From assembly GCA_963827235.1 (NCBI GenBank), contig CAWHAE010000014.1, forward strand, positions 160,001 through 224,000: DNA of 64,000 bases, written 5' to 3'. The notes below the pieces were generated by a model. That model was not told where the DNA came from. It searched no databases and saw only the letters and a list, made by a program, of their open reading frames with translations. A program made the translations under genes and the position numbers. This document shows positions 19,765 to 29,447 of this stretch, piece after piece (position 1 is the stretch's first letter; every line of letters begins with the position of its first letter). Source of the stretch: an uncultured bacterium (GTDB taxonomy: Bacteria; Chloroflexota; UBA5177; JANWHV01).

Positions 19765-20935
19765 CTAGGCCTCTCCTCCTGCCGGCGACACGGGCTTGCG
19801 GTACTCCCAGCCGCTGCGAAACAGCGGCAGATAGTTGGCCGGGTTGTAGGGATGCAAGGCGATCTCGTCGTAGTTGAGATCCGTTCCCCAACCGGGGAGG
19901 TCCTGACGAGACAGTGATGTAGCCGTCCTTGACCCGAACCGGGTTGGTCAGAACGCGATTGGACCAATCGTCGTTGAAATCGTCGAAGATCTCATGGATG
20001 AAGAAGTTGGGGGTCGCGGTATTGAGGTGCGCCGCAGCCAGCGAGCATAGCGGTCCTTGCGCACTGTGGGGCGCCGTGACTCCACCGTACGCGTGCACCA
20101 TGCCGGCGACCGTGCGCGCATTCGACATGCCCAGAAACTGCGGCTCGAGCTGTACGATGTGCACGACGTTGTGCTGCAGCAGCTCCGCAAACTGCTCCGG
20201 GCAGTAGTAGTCCTCGCCGCAGGCGATCGGCACCGGACTGCGCCGAGCCACCTCTACCATCGCGGAGATGCGCTGCGGCGCCACGGGCGCTTCGAACCAG
20301 GTCGGCTCGTACATCGCCATGGCCTCGGCGAAGCGAAGAGCCGTGTGCACGCTGAAGCGGTTGTGTCCCTCGATCAACACGTCGACGTCCGGGCCCACTG
20401 CATCCCGTACCGCCGCGATAATCTCCAGCGCCAGGGAGAAGTCGCGGGGCTCTACGGCCCGCCAAGCGCCGCCGAACGGATCGAACTTGAGAGCAGTATA
20501 CCCTCGCGCCACGGTCGCCTTGGCCTTGTCGAAAAAGCTCTTCGGATCGCGCGGTCCGCGATACCAGCCGTTGGCATAGACGCGAAGGCGCTCGTGACAC
20601 CGACCTCCCAACAATCTGTAGACGGGTTGGCCGGTCACCTTGCCCACGATGTCCCAGCAGGCGTATTCTATGCCTGCCAGCGCGGCGCCGTGGATCTGGC
20701 CGCCGTCGGAAAACACATCCCTGAACAGCCTGAGCGAGATCTCCTGCACGTCGAATGGATCGCGACCCATCACGTGCTGCTTGAGCTCGTGCACGGCAGC
20801 CTCTGCCGTCTTGGCGAAGCCGTTCAACGTCGCCTCGCCCAGCCCGTGCACGCCCTCGTCTGTATCGACCCTGATAAACACCCAGTTCTTCCAGCTATTG
20901 CCGGCAATGTACGTCGTCACGTCGACGATCTTCAC
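19765..20935 (-). CDS. Mandelate racemase/muconate lactonizing family acid-sugar dehydratase (DgoD-like), frameshift at ~19905
   Basis: GLGEAT, YANGW, ALKFDPF, PIACGE, APHS; the expected tail DLPGWGTDLNYDEIALHPY..LF..GWE is in another frame ending at TAG 19765. Confidence 0.88.
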
Positions 20936-21153
20936 GGCCTCCTCCAGTCGGTATCAGCCCGGGTTCTCCCAATGCCCACGGCAGGCACTCCAACACACAA
21001 GCAATCGTACCGTATCGAATGCTCGCAACCCGGCGCGAGCATGCATCGAACAGCGGCAGACTCACGGCACTCAGAACCCGGACAAAGCCTGATACCCTAG
21101 CCATCGGGCGGGCCGCGCCGTACCTCACCTGTCGCGCTGGAGCGGGAGAATCG

Positions 21154-22479
21154 ATGACGAGACGTACTCGGCGGAGACGTTCGCCCGGTGAGGTATGGGC
21201 AGAGCTGAGGACCTACATCCGAAGCTTCAGAGACCTCGGCAGCAACGCCAGGCAACTCATCATCGCCGCCACCCTGCTGTGGGTGGGTATTGGCATATCG
21301 GGCGTGCTTTTCAATCTCTACCTGGTAGGGCTCGGCTACAACGTGGCGTACGTCGGCCTGCTTGCGGCCGTCTCCACGGTCGGGCAGGCAGCAGCTTCAC
21401 CGCTAATGGGCCCGCTTCTGAGGCGATGGAGCGCGCGGACCGTGATGACGGCGGCCACCAGCTTGGTCGCTCTTTCGATGGTGCTTTGCGCCGTGGCCAC
21501 CAATGCCGAGCTGCTCGTGTTTGCAGTGGTGATACAGGGCGTCGCCATTGCCGTCGCTTCGATCCCGTCTGCGCCGTTCCTGATGGAGCACACCACTGTC
21601 GAGCAGCGCGCCCATGCATTCTCCGCTTATGTTGCAGCCACGAATTTCGGTTCCATGATGGGGTCGCTGATCAGCGGCTTGGTGCCGCCCGTCTGCGCCT
21701 TGATGCTCTTTTTGCCCAGGTCTTCCGTACCGCAAGACAGGCTCGGCCTGCTCCTGGGCGCTGCTGTCACCTCGATCGGAATCTGGACTCTGCTGAGAAT
21801 CAGCAAGGCAGTCCCGGCTGAGGAAGGCAATGCAGTAGCGGTCTCGATGGCCACGGCAGACGACGCCGATCAGGATGAGACCCGCCGCGACGTCATAGCC
21901 ATGATGGTTGCCAGTGCGTTGATTGCCATCTCGCTTGGCGTGATTTATCCGCTGTTCAACGTCTATTTCGCCACAGTGCACCACGCCAGCACCTCCACGA
22001 TCGGCGGATTCTACGCCGCTTCCGGCGTGATCTGCACCGTCGCGGTGCTCTTCGGACCGCTCGCGGCTCGCAGAGGGACGCTTCGCTGGCTGATCGCGGC
22101 CCGGCTGCTGTCCGTACCGATGTTCCTGGTTCTCTGGCTGCAGCCCGGTCTGATCGTCGCCTTTCTCGCCTATATCGGCCGTAACATTAGTGGGCAGCTC
22201 ACCGGCGTTCTGGAGAATACCTACTCCATGGAGGCCGTCCCGGCAAATCTGAGGAGCGCGGTGGCAAGCTGGCGCACGTTCTCCTTTAACGTCGGCTGGA
22301 CAGTGAGTTCTCTGGCCGCGGGCGTGATCGTCGCCCGCTTCGGCTTCGAGCCTGTTTTCGTGGCCGGCGCCGTCTTCACGGTTGCCGGGTCGGGGACCTG
22401 GTACTACCGCTTTGCGCGCAAGGGCTCGCGCAGACGATTTCCCTTGCATGCCGAGGCGGCGCATCCGGGTCCCGAGTAG
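21154..22479 (+). CDS. MFS transporter
   Basis: About 12 hydrophobic segments in two halves; LFNLYL and LFNVYF internal repeats. Confidence 0.88.
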   Translation: MTRRTRRRRSPGEVWAELRTYIRSFRDLGSNARQLIIAATLLWVGIGISGVLFNLYLVGLGYNVAYVGLLAAVSTVGQAAASPLMGPLLRRWSARTVMTAATSLVALSMVLCAVATNAELLVFAVVIQGVAIAVASIPSAPFLMEHTTVEQRAHAFSAYVAATNFGSMMGSLISGLVPPVCALMLFLPRSSVPQDRLGLLLGAAVTSIGIWTLLRISKAVPAEEGNAVAVSMATADDADQDETRRDVIAMMVASALIAISLGVIYPLFNVYFATVHHASTSTIGGFYAASGVICTVAVLFGPLAARRGTLRWLIAARLLSVPMFLVLWLQPGLIVAFLAYIGRNISGQLTGVLENTYSMEAVPANLRSAVASWRTFSFNVGWTVSSLAAGVIVARFGFEPVFVAGAVFTVAGSGTWYYRFARKGSRRRFPLHAEAAHPGPE

Positions 22480-22644
22480 GCGACCGGCGGTCTTTCCAGC
22501 CGGAGGCCCGGATACCGTGCACGCGCGGGCCGATCGCTTCTGATCGGCACTCTGAAGGCAGGCAGCTGTGCGGTATAGCGAATGTCGTCACCGGGCGGTG
22601 CTGCCGGTGCAGGGGTATTGTGTTCTGGGCGAAGCGCCGTCGCG

Positions 22645-23997
22645 TCAAGCGATCTGAAAGGCCTGGAACCTCAGATCGCGGCTGTGCGGGGACGGCCTCC
22701 AGTCGACGTGCTCAACCACGATTGGAGACCAATAGGGGCGAGCGAACTCGTACGCGAATCTGTCGTCCACGGCCTCGGACTCTACGACGCCCTCCGACGG
22801 ATGGCGCAGCATCCAGGCCATGCCGGCTACCGCGCTTGACACTACCTGGAGGCTGGTGGCGTTGTTCAGGTCCGCCATCTTTCGTGCCTTGCCAATGGAC
22901 AGCTCGGACCCAAGCCACAGCCCTGGATGGCTGCCGCTCAGCAGAAACACGCCGAGCTCGTCAATACCGCTGACAATCTCCGACTCCAGGATCCGCTTCG
23001 TGGTGACGCGCCGGTCGCTTCCGTCTCGCAGCAGGTCGAGCGAATCCACGGCTTCGTCGCAGGGATGATAGGCGTAGTAGCAGGTCGGGCGGTAGGTCAC
23101 CTCATCGCCAGCCCGGCAAGTGAGATAGTCGGCCAGAGAGATGGCCTCGTTGTGCGTGATCAGATAGGCATCGAAATCGAGATAGTTTGGGCTCCATGAT
23201 CGCACCTTCAACGTCATGCTTGGATGGTCGATGGCGATCGCTGCTCGGCAGCCATTCGCGTGTATCCGGTGGCCGGGCGGAAGGTCCGTCTCATGCGTGC
23301 CCCAACCGAGCTCAGCCGGTTGCAGACACTCGGTGACGAAGCCGTCTACCGACCAGGTGTTGACGAACTCGCCAGAGGCCCGGGCGATCGATCCGCGTTG
23401 CGTATCGCGTTCGGAGATTTGGATCACTTTCACATCGAGGCCTCTCGCCAGCTCGGCCCAGTCCCTTTGTGTGACCAGCTCGCCATGATCGACGCCGTAG
23501 CAGTCCGCCATGATGCGGAGGGCGCGCTTCACCAAGATGGACACGAAACCGGGATTCGCTCCGTGTCCCACCAGTGCCGTAGTCCTGCCTACCGACTCCG
23601 CGGCCAGGGCACGGATTTCCTCGCGCAGATCGTAGTTGCTGGTGGAGATACCGCCCTCGGCAGCGTCGTATGACCACGGATCGATACATGTGTCCAGGTA
23701 ATGCGCGCCGCGATCCTGAGCAAACGGAATGATGTCCCGGCTGCCGATCGACGTAGCCAGATTGACCACGACGTCTCCCGCGTGGACGAGCGGCTCGAGG
23801 ATCGAGGCATACGAATCGGCGTGCACCGGCGATTCGATGACGTGCAGGCCGTACCTGTGGGCCACGGCGATACGCTCGTCGCTCATCGACTGCTCGACGA
23901 GCCATATGTCCCTGCTGCCGAAATGCTGCTTGAGAAGCGGCATGATGGCCTGCCCTATGCTGCCAAAACCGAGCACGACGATGCTACCGGCGGTCAT
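22645..23997 (-). CDS. hss: Homospermidine synthase
   Basis: GFGSIG, YLDTCIDPW, HGANPGFVS, NTWSVDGF, ELGWGTHE, LITHNE, YRPT..YAYHP, GIDELGV, NATSLQV. Confidence 0.9.
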   Translation of the reverse strand: MTAGSIVVLGFGSIGQAIMPLLKQHFGSRDIWLVEQSMSDERIAVAHRYGLHVIESPVHADSYASILEPLVHAGDVVVNLATSIGSRDIIPFAQDRGAHYLDTCIDPWSYDAAEGGISTSNYDLREEIRALAAESVGRTTALVGHGANPGFVSILVKRALRIMADCYGVDHGELVTQRDWAELARGLDVKVIQISERDTQRGSIARASGEFVNTWSVDGFVTECLQPAELGWGTHETDLPPGHRIHANGCRAAIAIDHPSMTLKVRSWSPNYLDFDAYLITHNEAISLADYLTCRAGDEVTYRPTCYYAYHPCDEAVDSLDLLRDGSDRRVTTKRILESEIVSGIDELGVFLLSGSHPGLWLGSELSIGKARKMADLNNATSLQVVSSAVAGMAWMLRHPSEGVVESEAVDDRFAYEFARPYWSPIVVEHVDWRPSPHSRDLRFQAFQIA

Positions 23998-24243
23998 TCT
24001 CAATCCGTTTCCTCCTTGGGGCACACTTTCGCGCGGCAGTCCCAGCATGCCACCTGTTGCTGCTATTCTACTTCTGGGCAAGCGAGTCGGACCGGGACAC
24101 CAGATCCCCGGCTCAGCGGCCGACGCGACATTCAACGTGAGGGTCCGGCTTCTCTCGCCGGCGCCCCGCGTGCTAAGCGGCATGGCGGGCGGCCGCCGGC
24201 TCTATCGGGTCCTCGATCGAATCGACCCTTGGAGGATACGGAC

Positions 24244-25641
24244 ATGGCGATTGAGCAGGCAAGCAGCGGAACGGCCTCGTCGGTCGACAAGGCATTGGCG
24301 GCTGCGGCCACTGCCGAGAAGTACAGGGCGGCGATGCGTGGCAAGCGGTTCGATACGATCGCCGTGCACGGCATCTACAGCATGGAGGAGGCGCTGGCCA
24401 ACCAGGGCAGCATCATCGAGCCGGCGCACTTCAGCACGTCTCAGCATTTTGAGGACAGCCAGGCAATGGAGGAGGTGCTGTCCTATCGGGTCCCGGGCTG
24501 GATCTACAGCAGAGTGGCGAATCCCACGGTGCGTTACCTGGAGGAGACGCTTGCTCTGCTCGAGGGCTACGACTTCGACGGCCGGACCAGTGCCTGTGCC
24601 ACGTCGTCCGGCATGGCGGCGGTGTGGCTCGCCACCAGTCCATTTCTCCGCCGAGTTGGCGGCACCCCGGACCGGCGTCCCAATCTCGTCGCCAGCGCAC
24701 GCTGCTACGGCGGCACATTCATGCTGTTCAACGAGCGCTATGGCGCGGAGCAGGGAGTCGACGTTCGGTGGGTTCACGATCCCCTCGACCTCACCGAGTG
24801 GGCAAGAAACATTGACTCGAACACGCGATTCGTGTACGGTGAGTCGCCAAGCAACCCAGGGCTCTCCATGTTCGATATCGCGCCGGTCGCCCGCCTGGCG
24901 CACGAACATGGTGTGCCGCTTATCGTGGACTCGACGGTAGCCACTCCTGCCCTCATGCGACCGCTCTGCTTCGGGGCGGACATAGTTGTGCAATCGCTGA
25001 GCAAGTGCATTGGCGCCAGCGGACTGGCGATCGCCGGGGCGGTGGTATCGCGACAGGGCATCTTCACGGAGGTCTTGCCTGACGATCTGCGGGCGGACTT
25101 CGCGACGGCGTGCAAGCTGCAGACGTTCCGGGACCATGGTCCCGCGCTGAGTCCGATGAGCGCCCTGCTGATTCTCAGCGACCTGCGCACACTCCGTCAC
25201 CGAGTGGACCAATTTAGCCGGAGCGCAATGGCGGTGGCCGAGTTCCTGGCGAGCCACGCAATGGTCGAACACGTAGAGTACCCCGGGCTTCCGGGCAGCT
25301 CGTGCCACGAGATCGCGCGCAAACTGCTGTGGCTGGTCGACGGCGACCAGGATGGAGCGTCCGTGAACCGATTCGGCCATTTGCTCAGCTTCACGACTCG
25401 CGGCGGCGCCGCGGCGGCGCGTGCCACACTGGACGCGCTGCGCCTGATCTGGCATGCCACCGACCTCGGCCGCGTCAAGAGCGTAGCCACCATCCCGGCC
25501 ATCTCCACCCATCAGCAACAGGGGGAAGCAGGCCGATCGCTGGCGAGTATTCCCGACAATCTGATCCGCCTGAGCGTGGGCGGCGAGGACACGAGAGACC
25601 TGATCGACGACCTCGCACAGGCGCTATCAGCCGCCCGCTAG
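24244..25641 (+). CDS. Cys/Met-metabolism PLP enzyme (O-acyl-homoserine sulfhydrylase / cystathionine gamma-synthase family)
   Basis: YSRVANPT, SSGMAA, YGGT, ESPSNP, VDST.ATP, SLSK (PLP Lys), IRLSVGGE; GGAGG RBS. Confidence 0.9.
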   Translation: MAIEQASSGTASSVDKALAAAATAEKYRAAMRGKRFDTIAVHGIYSMEEALANQGSIIEPAHFSTSQHFEDSQAMEEVLSYRVPGWIYSRVANPTVRYLEETLALLEGYDFDGRTSACATSSGMAAVWLATSPFLRRVGGTPDRRPNLVASARCYGGTFMLFNERYGAEQGVDVRWVHDPLDLTEWARNIDSNTRFVYGESPSNPGLSMFDIAPVARLAHEHGVPLIVDSTVATPALMRPLCFGADIVVQSLSKCIGASGLAIAGAVVSRQGIFTEVLPDDLRADFATACKLQTFRDHGPALSPMSALLILSDLRTLRHRVDQFSRSAMAVAEFLASHAMVEHVEYPGLPGSSCHEIARKLLWLVDGDQDGASVNRFGHLLSFTTRGGAAAARATLDALRLIWHATDLGRVKSVATIPAISTHQQQGEAGRSLASIPDNLIRLSVGGEDTRDLIDDLAQALSAAR

Positions 25642-26102
25642 AGCCCGATGAGCTAGCACGCCGGTTCTCCGCGGTGGTGCCGTGGTTGCCGTCCGCTGTG
25701 TGGACCGGCGCGACGTGCGAGCGGTACGTCTCCGCCCGTCTCACGCTTCCGCGAGCGGATAAACCCGCATCTCCGCGCAGCTTGACTCTGCCGGCGAATA
25801 GACGGGCAGCGTCCGGATTCGCGGCCTACCATGCCACTCCTGACGGTAGGTGACCACGACGCAGAACGGTTCCTGGCCGGGGACAGTGATTCGACTCTCC
25901 GGCCGCCAACACTACTGCAGCCCTGGCCCCGGGTGAGCGCGGACAATACAGCAACTACCAGTAGCGGTGGGACACTCCGTTCTGCGTGCGGTGACCGGTG
26001 GGGCTGGCACGATGCCCGCGGCACCTGAACTGGGCGCTTCGTCGCTCTCGCCACCATTCAGGGGCAAAGTCGGAGTTGGCGGTGAGTCCCGGCGGGTGCG
26101 GT

Positions 26103-26143
26103 CTCGTCGCCCTCGCGCTCGGGCCAAGCGCGAGGGCGACGAG
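26103..26143 (-). terminator. Perfect 17-bp stem-loop just after the DUF362 stop
   Basis: CTCGTCGCCCTCGCGCT-7 nt-AGCGCGAGGGCGACGAG. Confidence 0.65.
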
Positions 26144-26150
26144 GAGCGAG

Positions 26151-27359
26151 CTAGAGAGCGGCGGCGGACACTACCGCGCGCAAGGCGCGAACCGGGGCCC
26201 GTACCGGCAGAACGTCGAGCAAGAATTCGTAGAAGTGAGAGCCGCAGCCCAGCGCTTCGCTGTAGCGGAGCACCGAATACGGGTCTTTGTACGGTCCGTG
26301 CAGCACCTGGAACGGGTGCAGCGGCCCGTGTGCCCGGTGGGTAGGGGAGCTGCTGCATTCATGCGGCTCCATGCACAGAGGTACGTTCTCTTTGTACATC
26401 GGCAGCTGTGCGGTGGCGTCGAGCGTCGCCTGGTCGAGCGCCACGATGTCGTCGGACCCAAATACGCCGACGTCCGGCAGCACTGGGAGGCCGGTGAAGC
26501 CGAAACAGTCGCAGACGGCCGTCATGTGCGTGGCCAGGTTAATGAAGACCTGTTTCTCCGGCGCGAACGTCTCCAGACAGAGCTTCACGGCGATCGCGTT
26601 CGCCTCCTGGAAGGCCAGGAAGTTCTCCGGCTGGATGCGGAGACTGCCCGACGGTGCGGCGGCAAGACAGCGCCCACACTGATTACATTGCTCGGCGTGG
26701 AGGTGGAGATTGGCAGCGTTGTCGCGGTCGATTGACATGGCGTCGAATGGGCACGAGTCGACGATGGACTGCAGTACCGCTGGGTCGGCGGGAGCACGAT
26801 CGGCGAACCAGTACTGGTCGTAGTGCATCGTATCGTGCATCGCGCTGCGCGTGACCGTCATGTAGGCACCCAAGGCCAGATTCTTGTGCGCGGCGCCGAA
26901 GCTGGTCGCCGGGTGGCCCTTGACGTGCGCGAGATCGACCAGGAAGGTGGCCTCTTCCACGGCGCGGCCCATTCGCCACTCGACCATGTTCTTGAACCGG
27001 TATTCGTGCGTAATGTAGTCGCACTCGTCCGATCCACCGGTCGGCATGAGCGGGCAGCCTAGCGTCTCCAGCGTGTAGCCGCGAGAGGCGGCGGTAGCAA
27101 CGGACCCGTTGGTGTCGGTGACGAACGGATCGCCTCCGCCGTCCTTCACCGCCTGAACAACCTTACGCACGAACACGGGGTGAACGGTCGAATAGCCGAT
27201 GTTCCCGCCGAGGTGCATCTTTATGCACACCCGCTCGCCGCGCACGCGTTCCTTTAGCCTCAGCGCGTCGAGGATAAGATCCAATTTGGCCGGCAGGGTT
27301 TCCGCGGCGTCGAGCATGGACTGCCGGGCACTGCCGAAATAGACAGGTTTGGCTGCCAT
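26151..27359 (-). CDS. DUF362 iron-sulfur protein with ferredoxin-like insert
   Basis: IKMHLG, HPVFVR.VV, FVTDT, LAHVKGH, GAA.KNLALG, CNQCGRC, VCDC, SDDIVALDQA. Confidence 0.85.
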   Translation of the reverse strand: MAAKPVYFGSARQSMLDAAETLPAKLDLILDALRLKERVRGERVCIKMHLGGNIGYSTVHPVFVRKVVQAVKDGGGDPFVTDTNGSVATAASRGYTLETLGCPLMPTGGSDECDYITHEYRFKNMVEWRMGRAVEEATFLVDLAHVKGHPATSFGAAHKNLALGAYMTVTRSAMHDTMHYDQYWFADRAPADPAVLQSIVDSCPFDAMSIDRDNAANLHLHAEQCNQCGRCLAAAPSGSLRIQPENFLAFQEANAIAVKLCLETFAPEKQVFINLATHMTAVCDCFGFTGLPVLPDVGVFGSDDIVALDQATLDATAQLPMYKENVPLCMEPHECSSSPTHRAHGPLHPFQVLHGPYKDPYSVLRYSEALGCGSHFYEFLLDVLPVRAPVRALRAVVSAAAL

Positions 27360-27637
27360 CGTTATCCTTCTTCTTCCAACCAGGGTTGAGTCATTGTGGC
27401 CCTCGAAATATCTGCACAGTCCAATGCCGAGGTCGAGTCGAGGCGTCCTCTCTAGGCCGGAAGCGTGGCGAGCCGGCAGTCTCGAGGCCAGGCACAGTGC
27501 TTGTCGCGAGCCACGCGAGTCACCCTGGTGCGCGCCCGGCGCTGTACTTGGGTGCGCGGAGTCGCGGCTGAGCCCGGCCACTATTTGCGGACATTGTACA
27601 CCGGGCCGGAAGGATCTGGTTACCGGACGGGACGCGC

Positions 27638-28114
27638 CTAGCCGAGCTCGGCGGCGCGAGCCTGAGTCAGCCGGATCAGGTCGGCAGGGGCGATCTCGAT
27701 GTCGAGGCCGCGGCGTCCCGCACTGACAAATACAGTGTCGAAGTCCAGCGCGCTGGCGTCGATGAAAGTCGGGAGCCGGCGCCGCTGCCCGAGGGGACTG
27801 ATTCCGCCCACCACGTAGCCGGTGAGGCTCTCGGCCCGGCTGGGCTCGGCCATCTCCGCCTTCTTGCCGCCGGCAGCCGCCGCCAGCGACTTCAGATTGA
27901 GCTTCACTTTCACCGGGATGACGGCTACTGCCCACGTACTGCCGTCGATGCATGCTACTAGCGTCTTGAATACTCGCTCTGTCGCCACGCCAAGGGCCAA
28001 TGCTGCTTCCAGGCCGAAGGATTGGGCAGCGTGATCGTGTTGGTATGCATGCACTCTCACGGTTACGCCCGCACGCACGGCGGCGTTAATGGCAGGAGTG
28101 CCTCCGGTCGACAT
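27638..28114 (-). CDS. ybaK: Cys-tRNA(Pro) deacylase
   Basis: TPA, RVFKTLV, GYVVGGISPLGQ, VSAGRRGLDIEI. Confidence 0.93.
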   Translation of the reverse strand: MSTGGTPAINAAVRAGVTVRVHAYQHDHAAQSFGLEAALALGVATERVFKTLVACIDGSTWAVAVIPVKVKLNLKSLAAAAGGKKAEMAEPSRAESLTGYVVGGISPLGQRRRLPTFIDASALDFDTVFVSAGRRGLDIEIAPADLIRLTQARAAELG

Positions 28115-28351
28115 CACGTTCCCTTCACGCGCAGTCCTGCGCCGGTAGAACCCGCGAGTACACCACAGCAGACCCGCCGCGAAAGCAGTGTACCGCCGGC
28201 ACGGTCTACGGGCGCCTGGGCACATATGTGTCCGAATTGACGTGGTAGCATTCCGCGCGAGTCCCGATTCATGACACAATAGAAGCAGACATGGCACCAT
28301 GAAGGTGGATGGCTTGGGTGGGGCGATGCGTGATGACAGTCGGCGGACGAT

Positions 28352-29311
28352 GTGAAGCGGCTGATTCGCAGCACCCTTCTCCTGGCCGGTGCCGTGGCCG
28401 TGCTCGCGGCACTGCTGTGGTACGGCGATGCTCCCCGGGTTGCCAGCACTGTATCCAGGTTTAGGCCGTCCTTCATCTTCTGGTTCATGCTGTTGCTCCT
28501 GGCGCAGGAGGTGGTGCGCGGCGTGCTGTGGAGCATGCTGCTGCACGCCCTGGCCATGCGGGTGCCGTTGTCGACCCAGACGTTTGCGTTCGCCGCCGCG
28601 GAGTCCGTCAAGGCAGTGCCGGCCGGCGCCTATCTGCAGAATTATCTGCTTCAGCGGCTGAGCGGCAGCGACGTCGGTCGCTCGTCGGCGGCCACGACGG
28701 CGATGATTCTGGGCGAGATCGTAGCCGCCCTGCTTGGCGTGATCGCCCTGAGCGTAGGCACGCTCGGCATGTGGGTGTCACTGGTCGTGGTGGTGGGTGC
28801 GGTTGCGACCTGTGTCGGGCTGTGCCTGTGTGTCCTAGCACCCTTTGCGGCCCACCTTCCGGGACGCCTGCTCCGACGCAGGATCGTCGCACGGGCCCTC
28901 GACGAGCTCAGGCGCTTCCGTGCCGGCATCTCCGTGTTGATGCGTCCGAAAGTGATTGTCGCGACGCTGGTCCTGAGCGCGCTCTACATCGTGTTCGCGG
29001 GTATTGATCTCTACGTCGTCGTGCGGGCCCTGGCGATCGGCGGCGTTACGTTCAGGCAGACACTGGTGGTTACCTGCTTCGGCCTGGCATTCTACGTGAT
29101 CTTGGGGTCGCTCGAAGCAGCGGGCGTGGCCGCATTCCTGGCCTGCGGCGTGAACAAGAGCGCCGCCGTCAGCGCGATTCTGGTCAATCGCGCTCTGGGT
29201 GTGGCGGGCATCCTCGTTATGGCGTGTATCGTCATGGCGCTGTTGCCGGACGAATGGCGGAGCCTGTTTCAGATTCACAGCCAAAGTCCGACGCCGGGTA
29301 CCGCCGACTAG
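28352..29311 (+). CDS. UPF0104 / lysylphosphatidylglycerol-synthase TM-domain (flippase-like) membrane protein
   Basis: Polytopic; R...W..LL, PAG, GSLEA and AILVNR segments typical of the family. Confidence 0.7.
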   Translation: MKRLIRSTLLLAGAVAVLAALLWYGDAPRVASTVSRFRPSFIFWFMLLLLAQEVVRGVLWSMLLHALAMRVPLSTQTFAFAAAESVKAVPAGAYLQNYLLQRLSGSDVGRSSAATTAMILGEIVAALLGVIALSVGTLGMWVSLVVVVGAVATCVGLCLCVLAPFAAHLPGRLLRRRIVARALDELRRFRAGISVLMRPKVIVATLVLSALYIVFAGIDLYVVVRALAIGGVTFRQTLVVTCFGLAFYVILGSLEAAGVAAFLACGVNKSAAVSAILVNRALGVAGILVMACIVMALLPDEWRSLFQIHSQSPTPGTAD

Positions 29312-29447
29312 CAGCCGGCCGAGCGGGCAGCGCCCACCTCCCATGCCCCACGAGTCGTAATGGGGAGTGCCTCATGGCCCGCCAGGTGCGGAGCTCACTT
29401 CACCCGTGGCAGATTCCACCAGGGCCGGACTATAGGGTCGAGCCCTG

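Noticed and set aside
24070-24240. Possible SAM riboswitch ahead of the Met-family PLP enzyme
   Set aside because: Only CCCCGGCT..GGCCG loosely recalls SAM-IV; the core GCAACC and P1 elements are absent
23701-24243. Apparent overlap between hss and the PLP enzyme
   Set aside because: Both extensions are low-complexity; RBS-supported starts at 23997 and 24244 remove the overlap
25879-25895. GGGGACAGTGATTCGAC resembles a tmRNA 5' end
   Set aside because: Spacing is too short, and there is no matching 3' acceptor/T-arm or tag ORF
26151-27953. 600-aa track ORF suggesting a long DUF362 fusion
   Set aside because: The extra N-terminus is an off-frame read through ybaK and the spacer; the RBS-supported start is 27359
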